A DNA stretch of 63,918 bases, counting the filler, from Moniliella sp. 'wahieum' (lineage: Eukaryota), in assembly GCA_003971905.1 (NCBI GenBank). It is 3 parts of 3 records of this genome, joined end to end, with 100 filler letters (N's around TTAATTAATTAA, not from the genome) between each part and the next. Parts side by side here need not be neighbours in the genome. Positions count along the whole stretch, not along the records: positions 1 to 25,362 come from RSEE01000190.1; 2 more parts are not named here. One strand, 5' to 3'. A program made the translations under genes and the position numbers. Below are positions 1 to 12,025 of the stretch, one piece after another (the stretch's first letter is position 1; every line of letters begins with the position of its first letter). The notes under the pieces were generated by a model. The model searched no databases. It worked only from the letters and a program-made list of their open reading frames with translations, and was not told the DNA's origin.

Positions 1-506
1 GAGATGGAGCGAGCAGCGTGCGCGGCCTGCGAGCGGAACGCTTCCGCTCGGCTAGGCGAGCGTCACCGATCCATTGAGGGCCCGCGCAGGAGAACCCTAG
101 CAGTACCCTCTAACACTTTTGACTACAAGACTTTTGGTTTCGTCAGAGCATATATAGGTGCAGATGATCGATGTGTTACTTGCGGCGCAATCACGGATCT
201 AGTGCGCAAGCCCCGGAATGAGGGGGATGTGGAAGAAGATCGTCTTGCTCACCATCCCGCTCGATTTGGTATAGGGTACAAGCATGCACGACTCAATTCC
301 CGTCCCCTCTCTGGCCTTAATTTTCACGGGAATCATTCTGGGCAGAGATGATGTGCATTGCTTGGCTCGCGCGCCCAAAACAGTAGATAGAGGCTGGCCA
401 ACCAGCTCTTGCTGAAGTGATACTCATGCACCTCCCCCTCAATCTCAAAGCCTGTCAAACGTCTGCTCGTTCTTAGTGAGTAGAGACCTAAACGGCGCAG
501 CGGCCT

Positions 507-810
507 TGTCATAGTTTGGCTGATCTCGCTCCCATTTCCAATTTCTTCGTCTCGAGCGTCTCGCTCCTTCCCTGTTCCTTCCACTTCGCACCATGTCCTC
601 TGTTCTTGCTTCTTCCCCACGAACGATTGCTACACCCCTTGGCCTAGTCCGATCCTGGTCTCCCTCGCCTTAGCCCCGACTGTGACATTATCGTTCGTGG
701 GGAAGAAGCAAGAACAGAGGACATGGTGCGAAGTGGAAGGAACAGGGAAGGAGCGAGACGCTCGAGACGAAGAAATTGGAAATGGGAGCGAGATCAGCCA
801 AACTATGACA
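507..810. repeat. Perfect 121-bp inverted repeat (arms 507-627 and 690-810, 62-bp spacer)
   Basis: The arm tgtcatagtttggctgatctc...ttccccacgaacgat is the exact reverse complement of atcgttcgtggggaa...gagatcagccaaactatgaca. No target-site duplication seen. Confidence 0.95.
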
Positions 811-934
811 GGCCTGACCTCCTAGTATCCATGTACAAAGAACGTCCCTCCTCGGTGGCGAGAGCATTACGGATCCGACCAAGCTCGCCCCAGCCTACAA
901 CGGCATAAATTTCCTGGACGCCCCATGTATCAAC

Positions 935-1008
935 CCGTTTGCCTGGGAGGAGAAATCATTTACCCGAGAGGAGAGACCATTTGCCCGAGAGGAGAAACCA
1001 TTTGCCTG
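935..1008. repeat. 21-bp minisatellite, about 3.5 copies (ccatttgcccgagaggagaaa)
   Basis: Units start at 935, 956, 977 and 998 with a few substitutions each. Confidence 0.9.
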
Positions 1009-4000
1009 CCGTTGGGCTAATGAAAGATGATCCTGGGGAGATGGCACTCTTGTGAAATCTGCCTTCCAGGAGGTCACGTCCTCCACCCCGGCTTATGTGC
1101 ACATGCGGAGAATGTCCCATCGTCAGAACACTCAAGCGTCCCATTACTCGAACTGGTTCCTTATCTACTGACTTCAGGTCAGTTCAAAGCCGGGGATTGA
1201 AGTCTGCTGGCGCCTTGATTTCCCAATAGGGTGACATGCATATGGACATACCCAAGAAGTGTTAGCCAGTGGTCCCAAGACGGCCTTTTGCGAGCTGGGA
1301 AGCGTATGACAGGCACCCTTGGTAAACAATGAGTTGGATCACCTCGAGCCACTTGATATCAAGAGCCAAAAGATACCACCTCGGACAGGACATGTATGGT
1401 TTGTACGGTGGAGCAATTCCCTTCCGGCAATACGTGCCTCAGTGTGCGGATGAAGTGGTAACCCGTGAATTCCGGATAAACCCGTAAGGGGAAACGCAGC
1501 GTGTAACGGATAAGCAGTGCTTATATACACGCCCAAAAAAACGACGAAAATAAAGACAAAGTGCGAGCATCCTGCTCCCCTTCCGTTTCCATTGCGTCTA
1601 CCGTGCCCGCCTCATTTCCCATTATTCCCGACCATAGTGCATCTGGATTCGGCATAGATACAATCCACACTGTGAACGGTGCTTCTGCATGTGGCTTTTC
1701 CCTGGTTCATGGGGGGGGGTGTTCGGTTCACACATGTATTCCGATATATGTCTTTCTCCATCAGCGCTTTCTCGTTATAAGCAAACCATTTTGTCTATGT
1801 GTCATGTGCGCTCTGCGTCAGCGTTCTGAGCTCAAGGCGAAATCCATCAACGATGTTGTCCTAATTCTATATTCATGACATAGGAACATTTTCCCCTTTC
1901 TGCTGTTTACATTGCCTTTTCTTCTTTCCCTTCCTCTATTCTATACAATTGGGATGAATCCCTTTTATGGTCCGAGCTTAGACTTCCCGCACGGTTCAGT
2001 TCCGCACTCCCATCAATGTTTTGTTCTCTCCTATCCCCCAAAGCAGTGACGGGGTGCGCGATTAGTACGTTGGTCCACGTGATGCGCTTTACTCTTCACC
2101 TCTTCTGGTTGGTATAAAAGACAGCCGTTTCCTTGAGCGTGAGGACACACCTTGCTATAAATAGATGCTTTTGATGTCTGGGCTGAATAAGGGCCAGCAA
2201 GCTTGATTGAGCCTATACGCTCTTCCTTCGCTTTCTCACCCCGATAAGATCAGCTCCCAGGCGGGCAAGAGGATTTTGGCTCGTGTATTAAGCCGGGCAT
2301 AGGTCCCTGTTTCCATGCGGGCCAGCCGACCCAACGGGGATGCTGTTTCCTACCCCATGGAGTCGAGATGAGATGACGTCCAGTATAAGGCATGAGACGG
2401 GCAAAGCCATACAAAGGGGAGTGTGATGTTACTGGTCTTTGGGGATCCTATCAGATGTAAGGCCCGAGCTTTGTTCATGTGCGCCCCAGAACTCGCTCCC
2501 AACCCCAGCCAAATGAGCTAGGGACTTGGGTTGTATACCGTGTCCCTATAGTGGCAATCAACCCTAAGCATTCGTAGCGATGATAGTCCCTCCTTTCCTA
2601 GTCATATTTGTGGTTCTTCCCCACGTTTGGTCCCTGTCGGATGGCGCACAACTGGTCCATTTTTCATCGTTACTTGCCTGGAAATGTTTGCTTTGTGGTG
2701 ACTGTGCTCCCCAGTTTAGCCCTCTTGATGATCTCAGCCTCGTCAACAGCCGAGTTCGGTCGGAGCATCTCAAAGCGGACTGCTCCCAACCATTGAAAAC
2801 GTTGTCCCAATTGTAGCAACGTGGCCGTTTTGGATTCGTACATTCGCGGTGCGGTAGTAGGTATTCGAGGCCGGTCCACGGCACTTCTATACTTGAGACA
2901 TTGCAAAGGAGACAACGAAGGACGCAGAGGCATCTCGAAAGCTTTTTGGTCTCATAAACCGTGGGAGGGACGCATAGTCCCCCACAGAGGAAATTTGGCC
3001 GACGTCTGGTGAAATTGGGCATCACTGATGTGGGAACATCCCGCCTGGACCCGTGGTCCACACCCAGTTATCCACCTCCAAAAGGATTGAAGCATCAGAC
3101 GCGATCAGAACGTGCAGGTGAAGACGTGAGCCTGCGTAAGCCGGTGCCGTGCTCCCCTTCGAACTCGTTGAGTTTTCTGATAGGCCATGGGATGTCAAAT
3201 AATTCTTCCAGAGCGGAACGGACGGACGGAGACACATATTCACCGCAGAACTGTGGGATGCCTGGACATCAAATGAATTAGGCGGGATGATGAGCTGGAC
3301 TCGCCTTTAAATACTACAGTGTCATCACACGGGCGGCAGTGGGTTCAGACAAGGAGATGAGACTGAACCGACTCCCACAAGAACCACATTGATCTCACCC
3401 TGGAATTATTGTTTATGCTGAGACCTAATGGCTAGTAAGTGCCGAAAAGTTTTGACACCGTGGACCTCATAAAATAAAGGATCTGATATTGGCGAGTTTA
3501 GGGGCAACATGCCGGTCGTTCAAATCTCAGAGCTCAAAATGGATCCGTATGCAACCTTATCACACAAGCCGCCCCCTTTGATGGTACACTCAGTCAGTAG
3601 CATTCCCCGTCCACCTTTATCAACAAGCTCAAGCAAGAAACTGGGGTATCGACCTTGATTCTGATCTCCATGGATTGTACCTCTTAAACCCAAATGGGGG
3701 CATCCAGATTGGTGTTCGCCCATCACGGAATGATTTTTCCGCAGAAATGAGCCCAACTTTGTCTTGGCCTTCCACCTTGTGATTGCTACAGTGCCATTGT
3801 TTGAGGTATGGGGGGGAGGGGGTTGACGGTTCCCCAACATGCTCGGCCTAAACATAAATGCTAGCAAGAGATGGAAAAGGCTTGAGGTACCCATATCTAT
3901 GTCTCCTCTTTTTTGTCTCCTCTTTTTTGTTGTCGGCACCATCAAACCAGCGGAAGAGAGAAATTGTTTGAGTGTCGAAAGCTGAGTGGGAATGAGAAAC

Positions 4001-5179
4001 CAATTTATCAAACACACAGGCAGCACTCAATATCCAGCAATCCCTGATATATTAGAAATGTCATAGGTCAGACTTTGGCTATTCACTATGATTCCGGCAT
4101 GGCGTGCTATAAGAGGGGCTATCGTACCAGGAACAGCGAAAACACTCGAGAGAACCAGTCCAATTAATGCCGGTTTTGAGGTATGCATATCAAAAAGGAA
4201 GCGTGAAAGGAAGCCTTAATTAAGGCCGCAAGGCTTCACAGGCTTTGCCTGTTTTTGTCATCGTTTCTGAGCCGCAGTATTAGAACTATCAGCTGTTTTG
4301 TTCAACGTTTATGAATAGTGGGAATGCTATTACCCCCGTTCACGAAGAACAAAATGAAAACAACAGAGACTGTAAGAGCAATGTCCTTCAATATTCCCAT
4401 ATGCGCAACTTCTTCCACGTACTCAATCGCGAATGTGGTGCAGTTGCTGCTCATAAGTCCTCTCACGAACGTCATGCATGTACATTTACTCCAGGTGGAC
4501 ATGTTAGTAATCGCGGGGGGCATTAATGGAATTGCGGCGAGGGCAGAGGAATCACAACACGTCGATACAAATGTTGATGTCTTCCCAAGGATCTGAGACT
4601 TTGAGTCACGCTAACGCCCTGTTTTCAGCTCCATTGCATTTTCGCATCTGCCTTCTGGACCTTCACTGGAGGGCAACTCGTAAGCGAACGATAGTTCCTA
4701 ATCATACCCAAAAATAATAAGATCCTCATCTCTGTTTATCCCTCAAAAGGAGTTCAGTGCCCAGTTCATCCATCGGGGGTACACATTTACGAGACATGAT
4801 GATAATATTAGGTTACATTAAGGTCCCCGTTCATGGTAGCCGCTCTTGCACAGCGTCTGCTATGTGTAGCCATTTACCACCTGTCAACATCTGTCCACAA
4901 GAAAATCAATAAGGCGCTACACTCATTATGCTTCAACACCAGGTAACCAGTCTTGAGATGCAACCGTTTACTGCTCGATTCGAAGAGAACGCATACCCAT
5001 AGCACATTTTAACCAATTGGACTTGGATTTGTCAAACAATGAAAAGAATAAAAGTAGCGAGTAACTTGTGTCATGGATGCCTAATCGAGTTGAAAGCATT
5101 TGGGTTTTTCTATTTATCTTCAAAGTGACACCAGACACCGCACTTGTAGGTCACTAATGACTCGCTTGTTTTTGTTTAA

Positions 5180-5470
5180 CTAGAGGACCACCGGGCCTAC
5201 GGCCCGGTCAGCTGGGGCTTCGCCCCAGCTTGGTGCTTGGTGCACCGTCGCCACCTTAGCCACCGTTCCCCCTTCGCCACCTTAGCCAGCGGTCCACCTC
5301 CGGTCCACCTTCGCCACCGTAGCCACCGTTCCACGCTGGAGGGGCGAATTTTGTCACCCATGTGCATCGGCCTGGCTGCGCCGGCCAGGAACGTGACGGG
5401 TGGCATGCTGATGGACAAATTTACGAACGGGGAAAGACACCGTTCCAATTTTATTAAGAGTGAAATGTGA
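5180..5470 (-). mobile_element. Candidate non-autonomous Helitron (about 291 bp)
   Basis: On the minus strand it starts a|TC (5470) and ends CTAG|t (5180), an A^T target with no TSD. A GC-rich 8-bp-stem hairpin (accgggcc-tac-ggcccggt, 5190-5208) lies 6 nt before CTAG, with a second hairpin at 5210-5230. It forms a GC-rich island with internal short repeats in AT-rich flanks. Confidence 0.55.
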
Positions 5471-8400
5471 TGAAGTTGTTTGCCCATTCGTGCTAGAGTC
5501 CGGCTAGGGAACGCTACGGGCAGCACGAAAGATGAGCTTCAAGGCGTACGAGAAGGCAGGGCAGTCAGCCACAAGTCCTTCAAGCAAGCTGAAGGGAAGG
5601 ACAAGAGCCAAGCAAGTAAGTCGGAACAGACAAAGGTGTGGCGCAGACCGCGCAAGGGAAGAATCACCCGAACCAGCGAGCATCACCGATACATTGGAGA
5701 GAGTGTAGGTGAACCCTAGCACTACCCTCTAGCAATTCGGTGCGTTTGTGCATTTTCCACTGCAAACACCAAATCATAGTCATGTGAGCACATGGTACTG
5801 AAATACTTTACCCAATAATAATACTCCAAGGTCACGGGAGCCCCCCGGTCGGTTGAAGTCATGGAGCACTTTTCATTCTCCCTATGCGCCACGGATAAAG
5901 GCGGATTTTGATTGATCTTTTATTCATTGTTGTCGCAGTGTCAGCGGTGCTGCAAGAAGATTAAGTCAACACTTGCAAACGTGATCTCCTTTCAATATTA
6001 GTTGGACTGCGCAGCCAGCTGAGATTGGGGGTGGCAAAATAACATCACATTTCCTACAATGATCCTGAGGATCTACACCCAGAAGAAGATGAAAGATGAT
6101 ACCCATTGCCGCTGCAGTGGTAATGGTCACATACGCATTGAATTCATCTGTCCATAATATGAGCACTGTAGGTTGTGCACCATCTCTCGCTGTTCATTTC
6201 TTGACGCCATCCCCCGCCTTCTCCCGGTAAGCTGTGTCAGGTCATCCCATCGGAACAGTGAACCTTCTTAGCACCCGAGCCCCGATGGAAGAGGGAATCA
6301 CCACAGGCCCAAGTGAGACAGACAATCAAGCGGATTGCCTAATTGGAGCGCATTTGTGAAAACATAAATGAGTATGGTTATTTTTGGTCGTCAAATACAT
6401 GTCACTCTCTCCTGCAAGTGAGCACCTAACTGATCGCATGCCGCCAGTGTAGTACGCAATTTATGGGCACAACAACAGTTGTCTTGTCCACCCGCATTGC
6501 ATAGACACTTTGCTCCGCATATGGTGACTAAATGCTCTGCGCCTCAACTAAAAGCGGGAGTAAAAGGCCCAAACTAAATGTAATGATCAAGGGCCTGCAC
6601 CTAGACCCATTTCGATACATTCACACTGGTCTCGATTATCGATGTGACTCTTTTGATCTTATCCTACTTCAGCATTTCGCTCATTGAACCATCCTATCTA
6701 GAAGACCGAAGCATCGATAATCAATTGCCATCGTCAACATGCGTCCTGAGTACGGTAATCAACCCCACCTATTTCACCCCGTTTATCGAAATTGGTAAAC
6801 CATCGATCAACTTCTGTTGTCAATCTGCCTCTAGACCACCCAATTAGCCTTTGCAGCCTTTCGTTATTCACGAGATTGTATTGCTCGGTGCTCGAGTCCC
6901 CTACAGTTTGGGGTTACTCATTGCAACTCATTTTAACGTCATGGCTTTATGAGAACCTATTTCGTCTCAAACGTCCAACACCTGGCTCAAGGTCAAGCAC
7001 TGAGCCCAGAAACTCCTATTGCATTTCTTTTCAAAGAACACAACCCGAAAGTGATGCAACATTCGTGTGACAACTTGGCACCAACTTGGCATCTGCGCTT
7101 ATAGCTGTTACCTATAACCTGGCCATACAACTAGGTCAGGCCTGACCTTGCAGTCAGGTATGCCCGTCGCTACCGTAGTGCCTGGGCACGGAGGTATTGC
7201 TGGTGACCCCAGGTTCAGTGATTATGCCACTGTTGGCAAGGCGATGCGATGACCATATCTAGACTGGTAGCAGCACTGATAATACGGGGCTATCGCGGCT
7301 TCAGTTCATGCTGTGGATAGCACCGTGTTCATAAACATCCATTGTAGAGGGACGGAGAGAGGCAGGACAGAGGAGAGCCCAATATGTCTTGGGTTCCTGG
7401 GGTCCCAGCGACAAGGATCACATCCGACGCTTTTCATTGCAACTAATAACTACACTGAGGTGCAACAATTGCAGGGATAGGGTAGCCCCCCACAAGGTGC
7501 ATGAAGCCGGAGTTGAGGATGTGGGCCAGCAGTGGAAGAAGCAAAGAGGCGGAGACCAGAGGAGGCCCTCAACTAAGATGATGTTTGGCTCTACACTGTG
7601 CATAGTTGACGTAGGTGGAGAACCAAAGGATCGTTGTTTTTGGCCTATATACACAGGCGGAGGACTGAAGGGGAAAACCCGCAGTAGAGGGAGAAAAGCG
7701 GGGGGATAGACACGGAGCTGCGGAGCTGTCACCATAGGCAACCTAGGCCCTCCCCAATACGGACGATAAGTGTGTAAGAACAGGAAATGTACACAGGCAA
7801 GAGCCAGCTGTCGTCGCAAAAAGGATATTCAGTTGATGGCCGTTCGCAGCCCCGCACACGGTACCACGGCACTCCACGATTGTGTGACTATAGGTTGGGA
7901 GTGGGAGCGAAGAGCTCGGCAAACTATAAACATAGTCTAACCTGAGATCTGAGAGCTGGATTCCCGAAAGCCACTGAAGACTGCAGGGGAGGGGACGGTG
8001 ATTCCCATGGCACTGAGGGCGGACGCTGTGCACAAAAATTGGAGGCAGCTTCAAAATGTAACAGGGGCCGGGTGGTATGCCAGGTGGTATCAAGACTGAA
8101 TGAACGCATCATATCGACCGAGATTCCCATGAGACGTACTACCATCATGTCTGTCCGCAGTGCCAGTATCCGCAGCGTTGCCCGCTGACCGCCTCTCGCT
8201 TTGAGTCCCAATGGTCTGCCATGTGTTTGGAAGAGGTGTTTGAAAGAGGTGTGTCTCTGCAGCTTGCGAGGGTCTGCCTCGAGAGATAACCGGACAACCC
8301 GTACCAATTGAAGGTCTTTGCACCTACATACTAACGAGCCTCAATTGAGAGAGGTTATAGGCTGGCGATGGATCACTTAAATTGTCTAATCTCGAATTAC

Positions 8401-11271
8401 GAAACCTTCTCGAGGTATCAAAATATCGATGGAGGACCCTTTCGCTCCGGCAATATAACCGTGCTCGAATGCGACTGGAGAGAGCAGTTGGAGATCCTGC
8501 GGCACGAGAGCCACCGAAGAGCCTTCCGACACGGGGGTGGGGCATGAATCACACTATGCGAGGATTTGATGATAGTACGCCCACTAAATAGTAGACTTGT
8601 GGCAGTGGCAGGCGAACAAGGCAGGAGAGATGGGGGGAGGCAGCCCGGAGGCGCAAAAACAGGAGGAGGAGTGGAACAGAGACGGAACGGGGCCACCTCG
8701 CACAAGACTATTCAAGTAAAGTATGCATTGGGGTGGGTCTCTCACCTCAGGGGACTCGCCTCTCCGCGACAGAGTTCGATGGAGAGCGCATAGGTGTTGG
8801 GCGAGAGAAAGAAGAAGTGTTCGGGGTTCGGGGCAGGTAAGTTGCGACACAGAAAGGCCCATCATATCCACATCCACACTCCTTTGACACTCCTCCTGCA
8901 GCTGTGCACAACAACCGGATGGATCCAGCTAAGCCGCGTTGTATATAGTCCCAACGGCCGTCTCGTCTCATAATGATTCCGTCTCGGCAGCGTCGTATCC
9001 GATAAGTCGAGTGAGATGCTCCAGCTCTTGGTTGTACACGGCGGGAGGGGTGCATTGGCCGTGTCGATGAGTATGCCGCGCGTGCCATGACGACGAACAG
9101 CCATGTCACGCTGGGCGTTCGCACTAGTGGGGTCGAGCACGTACCGCTGCCAGGCAAATTGCATCTCGCCGCGTTGGACATACGCCTTCGACGATTTCGT
9201 CAGGCTGGAAGAACTGTAAGCGATTGCGATCGCGTCCCGAAGGAGCAAGACGATGAGAGATGGGACATTAGGTTCTGATCGTCGCGTGCGAGCAAGAGAT
9301 GAAAGCTTGTGCGTGACGGGCAGCGCGAGAGCGATGACGGGGTTGACGACGTGCGAATGCGCAGCGAAAGTGGTGAGGTGAATACTACCGACCGTCAAAC
9401 TGCTAGCCCGCGGCGAGAAAGGGGATAGTCAAGCCCAACGATTGCAGTTGAACGCCGAGGCCCGCATATATATCTCGATGATCGCATTCCACCACACATC
9501 CGCGCGGCTCGCCTCGTGAGAGGCACAGATGGCGGGCAAAGGTATCCCTGCTGTGTACGTCCGCCACAGCCAGCCAAGGTCGGATTGTAGCGCCGCGTGA
9601 AGGCTCTGACCTGGAGACACCTAGTCTCTAAACCACAGACGATCAGCGAGTAGTAATCAAGTAACGAGGTGAGCGAGAAAAAGGGGAAGGGGGAAGGAGA
9701 GGTGGTGGCGAAGAGGACAGAGCAAGCAGTGGGACAGGAATGTACACGTGGCCTGCTGGCCTGCGCGCGGCAACTCTAGGGTCTAGCTTTCACATCTACG
9801 AATCAGGCAAGGCACCGGTGGGTGACGTGGCAACAGTATCAGAGGCCGCTCATCGATGAGTGTTAGATGATCCGTATACCCATGTAGGGGCTACTATATT
9901 AGCCCCTTGCCAAAAATCCCAGCTTCATTTTTGAACTGATGACGTCCTCCAGCGTGTGTTGCTCGTTTTCGCCCAACCCATATAGGAAACCAGAGCAGTC
10001 GCGAGCAAACCAGAACCCTCTACTGGTGCCTGGCACATCGGTTTCCAAACGCCGAGGTAACGCGCGTGGGTACGAATCACTGCGTGGTAGACATCCGAGT
10101 GGTGAACCATTTCCCCTGTTGAGACAGTCATTAGTGAATTCTGTGACCCACAGCTGAGTCCATTCCTGATCTTCCAAAGGCTGCAGGCCTGGCACCACTC
10201 TCGGTAGTAGTCAGTCCGCATCGTCTTGCACGCACGCCTCGTCCCATCCGCGTCCTCCGTTGAGGTAGTGGGTGTAATAGCACGCTGATATATATGCATG
10301 CCAAAGTGACCGTCCTTCGTACCTCGGTCGCCTTGGATCCGTCTGACCTTTCTGTGCAGATGAACGGGTCAGCCTCTTTGGCCAGCAGGTCGTCCAGCTT
10401 GCCCACCATCTGCATGGTGCGCAGCAGGTGGCGCAGCTTGTTCTGAGTAGTATGCACGCACCTATTAACGAAACACAAGCCAAAGACAACAGCGGTGGCA
10501 AGCCAATAGCGACGATTGCGGAACGAGAAATGAATCAACAAGCGGAGAAACGAGGAGAGATGAAGGCGACCGAGGGAGACGCGAGATTGGAAGTGTGGGC
10601 GCGTGATCAGCCACTGATGCATGGGTTATCCGTTCCTACTGAACGTCTAACCATCGATCCCACAGCATTCCGCAGAAACGGGAAAGACGGAGCAGAATCC
10701 CCCTCTCCCTGGGTACGTCTGATCCTGACACCGGGCCCACGTCAATTACCGAAAGCCTTCCCTCAAAACAGCCATTAAGAGGTTCTACTACCTAATACCC
10801 GAAACATACATCGTACCACTCCTACTGCCGCCATAGGCCTCTTCCCTCGAGGCCCGTACCACACCCCGTGTTGCGATATACCCCCTTACCATCTTTCAAT
10901 ACCGCTACGACTCCAGTCCGGGCCGTTCTCTGTCCCACGCCCTACCTCTCCACGTTGCGTCCGGGCGCAATGACCACCCCATTCCGAACGAAAAAAGTAG
11001 ATGAGTCCACCACTGTGCACGGGGCGGAGGTAAGAGGTGTTGCGAGACCATTGACCCCTGCAGAGGGCAGACTAATAGCTGAGAGCCGTGAGCCGAGAGG
11101 TGCGGTTCAAACTGAGGAGTTAGGAGGGCAGTGTGCAATGGAGTGGCCCGGAAAGGCATGGAGCCGGCGGGGGGGGGGGGACATGGAAGTGTAGTAACTG
11201 TGTGTAGATGTAGTGCCGCAATTGAGGGAAGATGTGAACGGGGAAGATAACCCCATCTGCTGTTTTCCCAG

Positions 11272-11506
11272 TTTCCTTTCCTTTCCTTTCCTTTCCTTTC
11301 CTTTCCTTTCCTCCTTTCCTTTCCTTTCCTTTCCTTTCCTTTCCTTTCCTTTCCTTTCCTTTCCTTTCCTTTCCTTTCCTTTCCTTTCCTTTCCTTTTTT
11401 CCTTTCCTTTCCTTTCCTTTCCTTCTTCCTTTCCTTTCCTTTCCTTTCCTTTCCTTTCCTTTCCTTTCCTCCTTTTCCCTTTCCTTTCCTTTCCTTTCCT
11501 TTCCTT
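11272..11506. repeat. (TTTCC)n / (GGAAA)n pentanucleotide microsatellite
   Basis: About 235 bp of near-perfect TTTCC units. Confidence 0.97.
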
Positions 11507-11711
11507 CACGCTCGCAGGCTCGCAGCTCACAGTTCGCACTTCACAGTTCGCAGCTCGCACCTGTTCGTATCTTGTATTGCGGCACGTACATGGACACCCC
11601 ATCCACCACCTCCAACGAAGCGAAGCGAAACGAAACAAAACGAAACCAAACCAAACCAAAACGAAACCAAGTGAAACCGGACCAAAACCAATCCACAACC
11701 GAGCAAAGTCG

Positions 11712-11849
11712 GACCAAGACCAAGACCAAGACCAAGACCAAGACCAGACCAAGACCAAGACCAAGACCAAGACCAAGACCAAGACCAAGACCAAGACCAA
11801 GACCAAGACCAAGACCAAGACCAAGACCAAGACCAAGACCAAGACCAAG
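11712..11849. repeat. (ACCAAG)n hexanucleotide microsatellite
   Basis: About 23 units, with one 1-bp deletion near 11745. Confidence 0.97.
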
Positions 11850-12025
11850 GCGCCCACCCACCGCGCTTCCCTGCGCTCCGCTCTGCGCTCCCTTGACCTG
11901 GTACCAAGCCACTCCACTTCAAGCCAAGCTGGCCCAAGCCAAGCCACTCCAACCCAGCCAAGCTGACCCAAGCCAAGCTGACCCAAGGACGCAAGCCACC
12001 CCAAGCACAGCACACCAAGGGGGGC

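Noticed and set aside
935..1008. CRISPR-like array
   Set aside because: Contiguous 21-bp tandem units with no spacers, in a eukaryotic context with no cas genes.
7400..10620. Possible minus-strand genes with intron-like signals
   Set aside because: No recognisable domain or consistent gene model could be supported by eye.
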